The position numbers and the translations under genes were made by a program. A stretch of 64,000 nucleotides of DNA from positions 19,778,001 to 19,842,000 of the forward strand of contig NC_135254.1 in NCBI RefSeq assembly GCF_964204865.1, written 5' to 3'. Shown piece after piece: positions 1 to 11,400 of the stretch. Below the pieces are notes generated by a model. That model was given only the letters and a program-made list of their open reading frames with translations, was not told where the DNA came from and did not search any database. The stretch is from Styela clava. Its lineage: Eukaryota. The first letter of the stretch is position 1. The number at the start of each line of letters is the position of its first letter.

Positions 1-85
1 TTCCTCTTGATTCCCTTTTTACTACGGTAAATTTAAAAATATGAGAGTAAATTTTTCAATCTTCTGTGACAAAAATCCTATTTCT

Positions 86-2294
86 TACCTGCCCTGTCAT
101 CGACCAGTAGCTCCTCTAAAAGAAAGTTACAGAAATATTAGAGAAAATTCTGATCTTCCATTTAGGGGGAAGGAATATTTTAGTCAAAGATATTGCATGA
201 TTGATTTTTGACTGATTTTTGTTAAAATTTATCTTTTTAAATTTAGTTAAATTTAGTTTTTTTTATTTTACTTTTATATTTGACTCAGTTTTTGTCATTT
301 GAGTAAAACATCGCTGAAATGTTGAAGTAATCTAGTGTAATTAAGCATAGATTTTACAAAACTAATTTTAAAAATAAATAAAGAACTTTTATTTTGAAAT
401 CATCATTTTTTGGCAAAATTTCTTTTTCTGCATTAAAATTATTGTAAGTTTCATGAATATCCTTTATGATAAATTAATTAAAGATATAACTGAAATTAAT
501 CACAGAAAAAAAAAAATGGGACAAACATATATTCTCATACTTGATCACCATGATAAATGCTGTAGTAATAAATCCAGCAATGTTTCAGATGTATTTAAAC
601 AGGATTCCAACTTGCCAGGACACAAGGTATAATCAGCGGCTTGGGTGCATTAAAATATTTTTTTGAATATTTGAATCAGAAAAATAATGAACTAACCTGG
701 ATAATGTATGTTATAAGTATGATTAACTGCGATCAGAAATCGCCCTCGTAATAGCTGATTTAAGTCTGGCACAAGCACTTGATTTTCTGGAAAAAAATAT
801 CAAAATAATTTACTCATATTGACTTCAGATAAGCCAAAAATGAAGAAAATATTTAAACATATTATATACAATAGATTACATTTGGAATAGTAAAGCAATT
901 GGTTTTAGTCGTACCTACTTCATCTAAATTTCAAAATATGTTACTCCAACAGTTTGCATGAACTTGCATAATCATAAAGTAAAACAATTCAAACTGATAT
1001 AAATTTGATATATAAAATAATATATAAAATGGAACTAATTCGTTGAAATCATATGAAAATGCCTTATCCACTTCCTGGGTATAACTTCCGTAACTTAAAC
1101 AAATTCTAATCAGAATTATTGATGCACAAAATAGTAGCATCAGGGTCTTTATCGGAAAGATGAGATTATTCTGATCAGTTAATTACCATTCATTATTAAT
1201 AATTGTCATTGACTCATAGCTGTGGATATGAATGGTAACATGACAGGTTCTTCACTGTTCCATACATGCTTTAAGAGTTAATACATAATCATTGTATAGA
1301 AACCATAATTTTTTATTTCAACCGCAATTTTGCACAATCAAAACATAAGAAATCAAGTATAGTGCTTTATTCTTATGCTGAATTTACTAAATGTGTTGTC
1401 TACTGACCGGTTTGTGCAAATAATTGTTCATTGTTAGATGTTGTTACTTGACTGGTATGGTCCACGACTGGTGTCCGCAAAAATGCTTCAGCGTTGATGG
1501 CTGAAGACATAGCAATATTATGAATTAAACAATAGCAAGTGAGGCTATTGGGGGGGAGATCAGTCATTATAGATTATCAGAACTCTTGGAAAACTATTAA
1601 TAGAGAAATAGGAGTAATGATTATTACAGAGATAGTATTATTAATCAACAAAAAGATTGATGGTTATTTTCAAAATTTTCTGCTGACTGATAAAAATAAT
1701 CTTCAATAGGCTATACATTTTGCATTTATCTTGCATATGCTTGGACATTATTACACATCAGCATCGGGATATTATATATAAATGGCGATTTATTTATTTA
1801 TCCCTTGGATAAAAAAGACGATAAGAAGGTCTGTTTGGCAACTAACATTTCTCCGATTTGGTTCCAGAGTCTGGTCGGGTATGGCATTAGGTAATCATCA
1901 ATCATTCAGAATGCATGAAAATGGTTGGCAGGGAATATGGGACTGACCAGAAGATACATGAGCAACCTTCTAACAATTAATAGACAAAAACAAATTGCAC
2001 AAAATGACTACTCAAGAAATTCAAGCCTGATATTCCATGCACTGATGTGCCAGTGGTAGAAGTAGTTCAGTGTCAAGTACAGAAATAATAACATTCATCA
2101 TGATATAATTGATAGTTTTACCAAATAAATAGTTTTCAATAAAAAAAACAGTAATCTCAATAAAATATACAACCATTTTTGCAATGAAAAAAATCAAATT
2201 TTGTAAGTAAATTCTCCCAAAAATATCACCTTCATTTTCTGGCATCTCGTCAGTCTGCATATTTGACTGGCCTTCTCCAGGATTATCTTGTACT
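86..2294 (-). other. Possible fragments of a spliced minus-strand transcript, no coherent model
   Basis: Several AG..GT-bounded segments on the minus strand, e.g. ~697-787 (ENQVLVPDLNQLLRGRFLIAVNHTYNIHYP, cag/gttagt), ~89-115 (tttag/gtaag) and ~2230-2294. They could not be joined into one long frame. Confidence 0.25.
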
Positions 2295-2379
2295 GAAAGT
2301 ATGTAGTATAATATTAATTACAGAACAGCTTTGATATGTATAGCCATGATAACAACAAGTTTATTACAGTACAAATGTA

Positions 2380-2830
2380 GGGTCTCATGTAGTTTCGTAC
2401 CTAACATACTTCCAGTGGGCGTAGCATAACAATTTTTTCACGTGTCAATCCTAACCCCCACCTGACCATACCATCCAAAAATTACGTCACTACGACGTCA
2501 CAGTGACGTAATAGAGCCCTTCAAACTATGCGATTTGTCATCCAAGACGCGCAGACGAGAACCCGAAATCGAACAGCTATTTCTTCGTTTTCTCGTCGCA
2601 ACGATCCCGATAGGAGAGAGATCGCTGACGTTAGTCAGTTCTTTATCGTCGGCGCCGATGCCATTTCGGGCGATCGTACGAGAATTTGGCAAGCTCTATG
2701 ACGTGATTGTGATGTCGTAGTGACGTAATTTTTGGATGGCGTAGTCAGGTGAGAGTTAGGATTGGCATGTCAAAAAATTGTTATGCTACGCCTACTAGAA
2801 GTACGTTAGGTAAGAAACTACACGAGACCC
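2380..2830. mobile_element. Non-autonomous foldback MITE, ~140-bp imperfect TIRs, 8-bp TSD
   Basis: Begins gggtctcatgtagtttc and ends gaaactacacgagaccc. The arms are reverse complements (e.g. ccatccaaaaattacgtcactacgac / gtcgtagtgacgtaatttttggatgg). Flanked by direct repeat caaatgta at 2372-2379 and 2831-2838. Confidence 0.9.
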
Positions 2831-4384
2831 CAAATGTATATGATGCATTCAAGTCACTTTAAATACTTTTGAGACTGAGAAGTTTCTCATATCTTTTTTT
2901 AGAAAACCGTATATACAGATATAATACACACAAATTAAAAATGGAGAATTTTGGACAGCGAGCAAACCTTTGAAAATGTTTAAAACCTGAAAAATATCAT
3001 CACCAGCACAGGCAAAAAAAAATAACAAAAAATACTATCCTAGTCAAGAGAGGTTTGAGCCAGTAATATATAAACAAAAATGTGCAAATGCATTATACGT
3101 TCAGGCTGTTTTACATTTAAAACTGACTTAGGCAAATAATGACCAATTCAATCCGATACAAAGGTGACTTGTGAAATGAAATGTGATAAAGTGACAAAGA
3201 CAGTAAAAGCCATGAAAAACTACACAGTTACGGTAACTGCTGAATTGAGAAGGCTACTAAAGCAAAGCTTCGATTATTGCAATTACTGAATTATTTTGAC
3301 TAAATTGAATAAAGCGTATGAATCTTTGGTGACAAAAATCAATCATGAAAGAAATTTAACATACTGACATACAGAGTAATCTGTAAATAAATTTTCCATA
3401 ATACTATATTACCTGTACAAGAAGCAATTTGAGACACATTTTGCAATAATTGAAAAAATAGATTTACCATTTTCCCCATCAATCGATTGATTCTCTGTTG
3501 TTTCCATCACTCAATCAACATTGGACACGCTAGTGTTTAAACACTGATTGGTATCAGAGTACAGGAGTAGAATGGTGACAAGGGTTGCCACTTTTGCCTG
3601 ACTGAAAGAATCTAGTTTGACCTCAAAAAACTTCTAAAATCATCTAGACACAAAATAAAACAATCAAAATAGTCTATAATACAGTAATAACTAGCCTACA
3701 TATTATATCCAAGTACTGCTGTACTGTAGTTCTTAGACTAAATTTAATAAAGCATACAAACAGTCTATTACGGTATAACGTTACGGTACCGGTATCTGTA
3801 TATTGCATCATATTACAGTATTGGTACTAGTCTATTAGAGGTCAAACTTTTGTTTCTGTGTTCTTATTCCAGCTTACCGCCTTACAAGATTAACGTTTTG
3901 TTTGTTTCTGGCTGAATTTCTGCCCTGCTGCCCTGCCAATAATGTTTTCAAAAATAGATAAATATTTCTTGACTCCACAAAATTTTAGGTCTGGTACAGT
4001 TTAGTACCACATCCACTTCTACTTACAGTACAGCAGTACGGACTTAGTTGGTTAGGAATAACATATGCAAAATTCGCTAAGCTATGTCCCCACTGGAACT
4101 TGGAAGTACTTGCAACTTGAGACCCCAAAATAGGCTATTACACTGGCCATCTGGCTGACTGGCTGGAGTACGGTACCGGTACTGGTACTGTCATGCATTT
4201 CAAAAAATTTCAGGTAGTCTGTGTTCTGACTGTTCAGTTGTTTGTAAAGACGCTTGGATTTTATATCAGATATAAAAAGTCTTGGGATCGTGTTTGTTTG
4301 ATCACAAAATAATATCCGTCGGAGACCGAAGAATTATCGAATCGAAACTCAGGATTCTTTAGTGACACCCAGTGTCCCATCACT

Positions 4385-4526
4385 AATTAGGATTTACAGG
4401 AGAGGATAGGATTTACATATTTATCCCGGGGGAGAGGAAAGCCGATAAGACGGCTTATCCATGATCCATATGGCAAACCACGGCCTCTCGTCCGGTTATC
4501 ATTCCAAGTCGGTTATGGGGTTAGTT
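4385..4526 (-). mobile_element. Probable 3' part of a SINE-like retroposon, cut off by the hAT left end
   Basis: GC-richer segment that ends on the minus strand in a repeated gtaaatcct/atcct tail and abuts the hAT TIR at 4527. Family assignment is inference. Confidence 0.35.
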
Positions 4527-7350
4527 CAGTGGCGGCGCGTCAATAGGGCCAACCGGGGCAATGCCCCGGTTGTTTTTTCGGTATAATGGAAAATATTCGA
4601 AAAATACCTCAATATCGGCTGCACAGACTGTCTACACTAGCCATATTCTCCCGACATGGTTCATTTTTCGCTCGCAAAGCCTTCGCCGAACGTCGACGGG
4701 GCGACGCCGATTTTGTCCCGGTTGCTCATTGTATATCGTATTCTCTCTTTTATCTTCCACTCGCCGCGATTGTCTCGCTTGTTTTCTGTTTCTTTTACTA
4801 AATCATCGGGGCTAGCCCCGAAATTATGACGACACAATGCCGACGTTTCTTACAACAACGTGTTGACATATTCACGCATTCCTTCTCGTTCGTTGGTTGC
4901 TTGAAGAGTTGATAGTTTCCTCGCCTTCGTTTTTGTCGCTTGTTTCGCTATTTGAATCAGTTAGAGACCTTTAGTTCATTTGCTTTCGATTTTCCACATT
5001 CCTTTTGAGCTCCTCACTTCTTTCCGGCTTCGCATTTCTTATCCTTAGACCTCATAATGAATAAGGTTGATGCACTACTTCGCACTCCGTTTTCGCAGCT
5101 GCCGCTGGAACAAAAATTGGAGGTACAACGTCTTGGGCCTTATCAACCAAAAAATTGTTCACTGGAACAATCCCACGACGGAGGAAAGCGTCGGCGTACA
5201 TTCTGCGCAGAAACTTGGTATAAAAAACACGAATGGTTGTGTTACAGCGAGGACAAAATGCACTTTTTTGTTTTTATTGCCTACTTTTTGCTACCGCCCG
5301 TGACTCACGTTGGTGTAAATTTGGTTTTAGAGATCTTAAACATCTTTCCGAGCGTGCCAGAGATCATCAATCTTCTATGGAGCATCTGGACAATGCAGTA
5401 AAATACCGAACATTCGGAAATGTTAATATTGCAGCACAGTTGGATGAAGGACGCGCGGTTTCTATTCGTCGGCACAACCAAAACGTCGAGAAAAACCGCC
5501 ATGTTCTCGGTCAATTGATAGATGTTTTGAAGTTCATTGGTTGTCACGAGCTGTCCCTCCGTGGGCACGATGAACGGGCTGGCTCTTCTAATAGAGGGGT
5601 ATTTTTGGATATGGTGGAATACACCGCATCCCTAGATACAGTATTGGAAGATCATCTTGATGCCGCAACTGTTTCGAAAGGGACATCTAAGGATATCCAA
5701 AATGATTTGCTCGACTCAATGTATAAAATTTATTTACAACATTTGGCTCTGGAAATTGAGAATGCCAGTTCCTTTCGATTCAGTCTGACGAGACAACTGA
5801 CATCACGTGCGTTTCCCAACTGGCTGTAATTTTTCGGTTTGTGAAAGATGGCAAACCTACCGAGAGATTTCACAGCTTTGTACCAATCGTTGATCGCACG
5901 GCTTGCGGGATATCGGCTGTACTGAAAGAAGTGTTACAGCCTTACAACGCGAATTCAAAATTGATAGCTCAAACTTATGACGGCGCGGCAGTCATGAGTG
6001 GGTCGAAACATGGTGTTCAAGTTTATATAAAAGAAGATTTTCCTCATGCGCATTTTTTACATTGTTATGCACACCAATTTAACCTCGTTATTAAAAATAT
6101 GTGTCTTGATACCCCTCTCGTCCGTATATTTTTTGCAAATGTTTCGGGGTTTTCTTCAATTTTTTCCGTTTCGCCGAAGCGCTCTGACCTCCTTCGCCAG
6201 ATATGTAGCCGCCGTCTCCCAGCTTGTGCACCAACACGTTGGAACTTCCAATCACGCGTGGTGCAGGGCGTGTCCGAAATTAGGTCTGAGCTCATTGAGT
6301 GTTTCAATGGCATTCAGAGCTCTCCGGGTTGGGACGAACGCTCTGTGAGGGAGGCGGCAGGTCTAAAGCGTCTGCTAGAAGATGGTGAGTTTTCATTTTT
6401 TCTCCACAATATTCTATCACGTGGATGTATTATACGGCGCATTGCAGTCAAGGCTAATGGATGGAGCGTCTGTGCAGTTGTGTATTTCAGACTTCTGCGA
6501 TGCTGTATCTCGTATCCGGGAAACAATAAAATACGACGACACATGGAGTGCTTCTTTACGCCGCGGGCAAACAACGCAGCGTTTGATTTTGTCTGCAAAG
6601 GAATGCTGTGACATTCTGGTGAATCAAATAGGCGATCGTCTGCGCACTGAACACCTTGCCGCGTTCTCTTTGATGAACCCCAAAAATTTTTCAAAATTTG
6701 CACGTCAATTTCCCATCCATTTGTTGGCTACTGTCTCCAAATTTTACCCCATGATAAACGTGGGTAAATTGGAAAATGAATTGCGATGTATATACACCAA
6801 TCAAACTTTTTTGAACATCACATCAACTTGCGCGCTCTATGGGTTCCTCATAGATAACACTCCAGTAACTACCTTTCCGGCGTCTGCAAAATTTCTGGAC
6901 ATCATTTTGACGACGCCTATTTCTTCCGCCGACGCGGAGCAAACATTCAGCACGCTGAAGCGTATTAAAACGTATCTCAGAAACACAATGAAGCAAGATA
7001 GATTAAATTCCTTGGCTGTTTTATCCATTCACAGAGACGTTATTTCTGGGATGCATGACTTTAATCAGCGCGTTATTGAGCAGTTTGCTTCCAAGAAACC
7101 GCGCGTGTTGCCTACATGTTCAAGCAGTAGAAGTCTAGCAGCATATATATCTATGAGTGAGCGACGCATGTCCTTATCTTTGCATTACCGTTCCTTTCTT
7201 CATAGTAACGTTTTAAACCTTATTTAAGGTTTTGTCTGCTTTCCCGAAGTTTCTGTTAATATGTCATTGTATTTATCGAAGCATGGACTTGGTGGTGGCG
7301 TAAGATCGATAAGTAATAATATGATGCTGTAATCTGGCAATGGCGTTACG
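4527..7350 (+). mobile_element. hAT DNA transposon (ZMYM1-like transposase); left TIR present, right TIR not found
   Basis: Starts cagtggcggcgcgtc, a CAG hAT-like terminus, with subterminal ccgggg/gccccgg palindromes. GC content is higher than the flanks and it carries the transposase below. The right boundary is approximate. Confidence 0.85.
5057..7129 (+). pseudogene. hAT transposase (TTF-type zinc finger, DUF4371-like region, DDE core, hAT dimerisation domain), split by ~4 frameshifts
   Basis: Overlapping ORFs 5057/5233/5841/6382 join into one protein with WLCYS..ALFCFYCLLF, LRGHDE..SSNRG.F, SKDIQNDLL, DETTD (bridging frame), YDGAAVMSG, HCYAHQFNL, TRWN and TPISSADAEQTFSTLKRIKTYLRNTMKQDRLNSLAVLSIH. 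Frame breaks lie near 5256, 5764, 6400 and 7103. Confidence 0.92.
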
Positions 7351-7969
7351 TTTCAAGTTTGACAAATATGAATAACATTGATGATTTAAATCTAGTAATA
7401 TACAAGTAATATAATATGAATATTTTTCAAAACACAATGATTTAAATCGTAATTTTATGCCTCCATTCTGCCATTAGCCATTTTGATTAGTCAAGTATCC
7501 AGATTCGAGTATTGGCCCTGATCTAGTGAACCGTCAGTTATGCACCTGAATCTCACGCAATCATATTTTATCATGTTCCTATATATATATCAGTTTTTTA
7601 AGTCGAAATAATGTTCGCATACAACTAATTATCCTGCCCGCCCCGTACACTCAAGATGATAATTACTATTAAAGGAATATTTGCATTTTTCTCATCAGAT
7701 AAAATAATCGCTCGATTTATGTTGCATATGACAATAGATAAAAATATGACAATAGATAAAATATTTAATCGCTGCTATTGTTCAGAAGTACAGCTGAATG
7801 ATATGGTGAATTATTTTTATAATTACTGTATATCAATTGAATTTCCCCGACTTTTATTTCTACATTCTCTTCCAAATCATATATGATGATTCATATCAAT
7901 CTTGTTGGTTAATTATTGAATGAATAAGTTTCTCTTTGTGCTTATTGCTTTCATTTGTTTCAATTTTTA

Positions 7970-8055
7970 TTAACTCGTTTTTAATCTTGGTGTCGCAGAC
8001 TTATGATGACTATCTCTGGTCCTTCGCGACCTCCAGTCAATTGCAATGAAATCCA
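7970..8055 (+). repeat. Dispersed repeat (LINE 3'-end-like), second copy at ~37611-37685
   Basis: Both sites share actcgt..aatcttggtgtcgcagact.atga..gcgac...gtcaat.gc.atgaaat. Confidence 0.55.
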
Positions 8056-8395
8056 TTACTGTAACGCATAATTACTTTTTCCTATTTTGAATTTGTGTTG
8101 TGATTTCTTGCACGACGAAATAAACTTATTGTCTATTTTGAAATATTGGAATTGGCATTTTTTCGATGGTATCGATACATCTCTAGTAACTATCAAAAGC
8201 AATATTAATGTTTCGTATGACACCCACTGACAATAACATCTGCTAGATATAGCTACCATTGTTGTGTTTTTATTGTAAGTACTCGAACATAGCTCAGCAG
8301 CGACTGCTCGGACAGTTTTAGCTGTTTGGCAAAAAATGCGAACAAACTTTGTCAAACGAAAGAAATACACAAAACAGATTTTCTGACTAGAAAAT

Positions 8396-8401
8396 TTTAT
8401 T
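8396..8401 (-). terminator. Candidate polyadenylation signal AATAAA of the exon-array gene
   Basis: tttatt on the plus strand, ~40 nt downstream of the TGA at 8439-8441. Confidence 0.45.
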
Positions 8402-8438
8402 GAAAAAATTAAAGTTTCATCGTTAAAATCTTTTGAAT

Positions 8439-8477
8439 TCACGGAGGTGGAGGTTCCTCTAATTGTGAATATTTCAT
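8439..8477 (-). CDS. Candidate terminal coding exon of the exon-array gene (MKYSQLEEPPPP*)
   Basis: Strong acceptor tttctctactttcatttacag. Read in phase 0, like all upstream exons, it gives 12 codons plus TGA, followed by AATAAA. Confidence 0.55.
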   Translation of the reverse strand: MKYSQLEEPPPP

Positions 8478-11400
8478 CTGTAAATGAAAGTAGAGAAATG
8501 GTTTCAACGCTCGTTACCAAATAAATTTCATTAAGCAGCAATTTGTAATCAATATAACTCGAAAACAGAAATGGATATTTATAGATTAATAAATAAAATA
8601 TTTAAATTGAGTATTATTGCGATTAACAAAAAACAATATGCATATATATGTTATATGCTTTACATGCATTGTATGCTTCCTAAAACCCTCATGTATTCTT
8701 TTATTAATGAAGCGAAATTTGAATTTTGGTATCTGATGTTTTCAAATGTCAACTTTCTCCCTGAACTAATCAGTGTCATAAATATTCGCAAATCAGCATA
8801 AAGTTATTGGGCCGACGCCGCATGGTAACGAATACCATTCAAACAAATGTAAAAAAAATATGATGACAGTACATTTGCACCTGTAAATATTTGAGCCCAC
8901 GGGTCATTTAAACCTAAGGTCATTTTCACCCGAGATATATCTGTATAGGGCAGCATATGTACAATTGTCCCTGGTTACAAATGTGCGTGGGTGCGAATGT
9001 CTTGCTAATATATAATAGCTCAATAGTCGTATATCATATATATATATAGATACCTTGTCTTCGCCGTCCAAAACAGAATTTACATTTTCGGACAGAAGAC
9101 TAAGAATATCATCATCTCCAAATGAAACATCTTCTTCTTCCTATTAAATTCAGACTTTTTATTCAACACAAAACAAACTAAAATTTAATAAATGACATTT
9201 CATACTGCCTACTTAGATTATTTTCTAAATCTCCGTTTATGCATCTTTTAGATGTACGATAAAAAATTACAAACCACTGAAGCCAAATCAATTTTGTCCG
9301 GAAGGGAAATGAGAACATCTTTCGAAAGAAGTATTTCATCTAAAAGCTGTGGTAAGAAAATTAAACGTTTGTTAACAAGAAGAATCAAACGCTGTAACAA
9401 TTCCAGTTGACGGTTTATATATAAAGTTATTAAGCAAACGTCTCATTGTTGTAAATGTCATTCAAACAGATGTAAAATAAACTTAGTGACAAGACATGTG
9501 CACTTGTGGACGCATGCGGCCCGCAGTTTGGACCACCCTGACATAGATTGTTTATATTTATATGATCATCAAGGTTTCATTGAACAAAATGAGGCATTCA
9601 CTACTTTTGGGGAGCAAATAAATAAAGTTTGTCTCTAAATCTTTTGAAGTTATTCCTTTCCACGAGCAATTTAAACTCAACGTCATTTTCAACTACAATA
9701 ACTCAATAGTCGTAAATTTTATAGTTACCTTGTCTCCACCTTCCAAAGCAGAATTGGCCTTTTCTGGAATAAGACTAAGAATATCACAGTCTTCAAATAA
9801 AACATCTTCTTCGTCCTGTCAAATTTAAATATTGTAGTTTACAAAAAACAAGAACCTAGCTATACTATAATTCAACAGACATTTTGAAACATGATTCTTG
9901 TACAGTACTGTATATATTTAACTGTAGAATTGCGTTTGTTGAAGAAAAAATAAGTGAAAGAAACCCAATCAAAACTTCGAGTTCCACGTTTCCCAATAGT
10001 CCCACGTGTCTCATTTGTCTCACGTATCTAAATTAATATTTATACGCTATACAAGTAAATTTATATAATCAAACCTTGTCCCCAATGTCCAATGCATTTT
10101 CTGACAGATGACTAGGGATATCATCGTTTTCAAATGTTGTACGAACCATTCGGAAAGCGTCGCATTCAGCATTTTTTACTGGTGTTTGATATTTGTTTGA
10201 TGTGGTACCATCCTGGAAATAAAGATGCCTCTCGAAATAACTATATGGCATTTTCTTTAAATATATATAGATGATGAATTAATGAACAAGCTAAAAAACA
10301 AACCTTGTCTTCACAATCCAAGGCAGCCTTGACCTTTTCTGACAGAAGGCTAAGTACATCATCGTCTTCAGATGTAACATCCTCTTTGTCCTGGTAAATT
10401 TATATTTTGTAGTTTACACAAAACAAAGACCTAACTATAATTTAACTGACTTTTGAAACGAAGAATTAATCCAGTCTAAATGAATTCTAACACTGTATAT
10501 ATTTTCTTGGAAAGTTGCCGTTGGTGAGGAAAAAATAGGTGAAATGAACCCAATGTATAGGCTAAACGGTGTAAATTTCGTTACGACTCGCTCTACGTAT
10601 CCCACCTAACATTCTATATTACAGGTTAATTTACTTATACAGACCTTGTCTTCACTGTCCGATGCAGAATTGACATTTTCTGACAGAAGACTAAGGACAT
10701 CATCGTCTTCGAATGTAACATCCTCTTTGTCCTGTTCAATTCATATTTCGTAGTTTACACAAAACATGGACCTAACTATTTTATAATTCAACCGACTTTC
10801 GTAAGACGAGGAATTATTAATCTTGCTTATCTATACTCTTAGCTACTCTAAGAATTTGTAAATAATTAGATGAAGAATTTTGCTTGTTAAAGAAAAAATA
10901 GGTAGAATGGACTCAATATGCAAATAATTACGTAGATCAATTAACTAACTAATATTGTTTCATTCAACGAAATAATCCCACTCATGTATTTATTTATTGT
11001 AGTTCTTATATTTGGCAGGATGAAAAATTTACAAACCTTTGGAAGCAAATCAATATTGTCGAGAAAGGAAATGACAACAGCTTTGAAAAAAAGTATTTCA
11101 TCTGAGATCTGTGGCAGAAAAATTTTGTTAGTAAGGTGAATAGAACGATTGACAAGTCCAGTTGACGTTTTTGGAAACTTTATATATAAATTATATTGAT
11201 TGCTACCTCATTAAATTCAAATTTTTCATATGTTTTCACGATCATACAAAACAGGCTTTTATTCTATTGCCTCGTTTTTTTCATTTTATAACGAATCATT
11301 TAATGTCGATAATTACTCGGTACGATATTCTTGACCTCGAAAGCAAATATTTACGAAAAGCAGTGCATTCCTTTGTTGCAGAAAAATGCAAATTCCACTT

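Noticed and set aside
2498-2720. ORFs on both strands inside the foldback MITE
   Set aside because: Short by-products of the GC-rich MITE spacer with no protein motifs.
4500-4560. tRNA gene suggested by gttagttcagtgg
   Set aside because: The apparent A-box is created by the junction with the hAT TIR; there is no B-box or cloverleaf.
8056-8541. 161-aa minus ORF as a single-exon gene
   Set aside because: AT-rich with no recognisable motif and no ATG start; better explained by the short phase-0 terminal exon in another frame plus 3' UTR.
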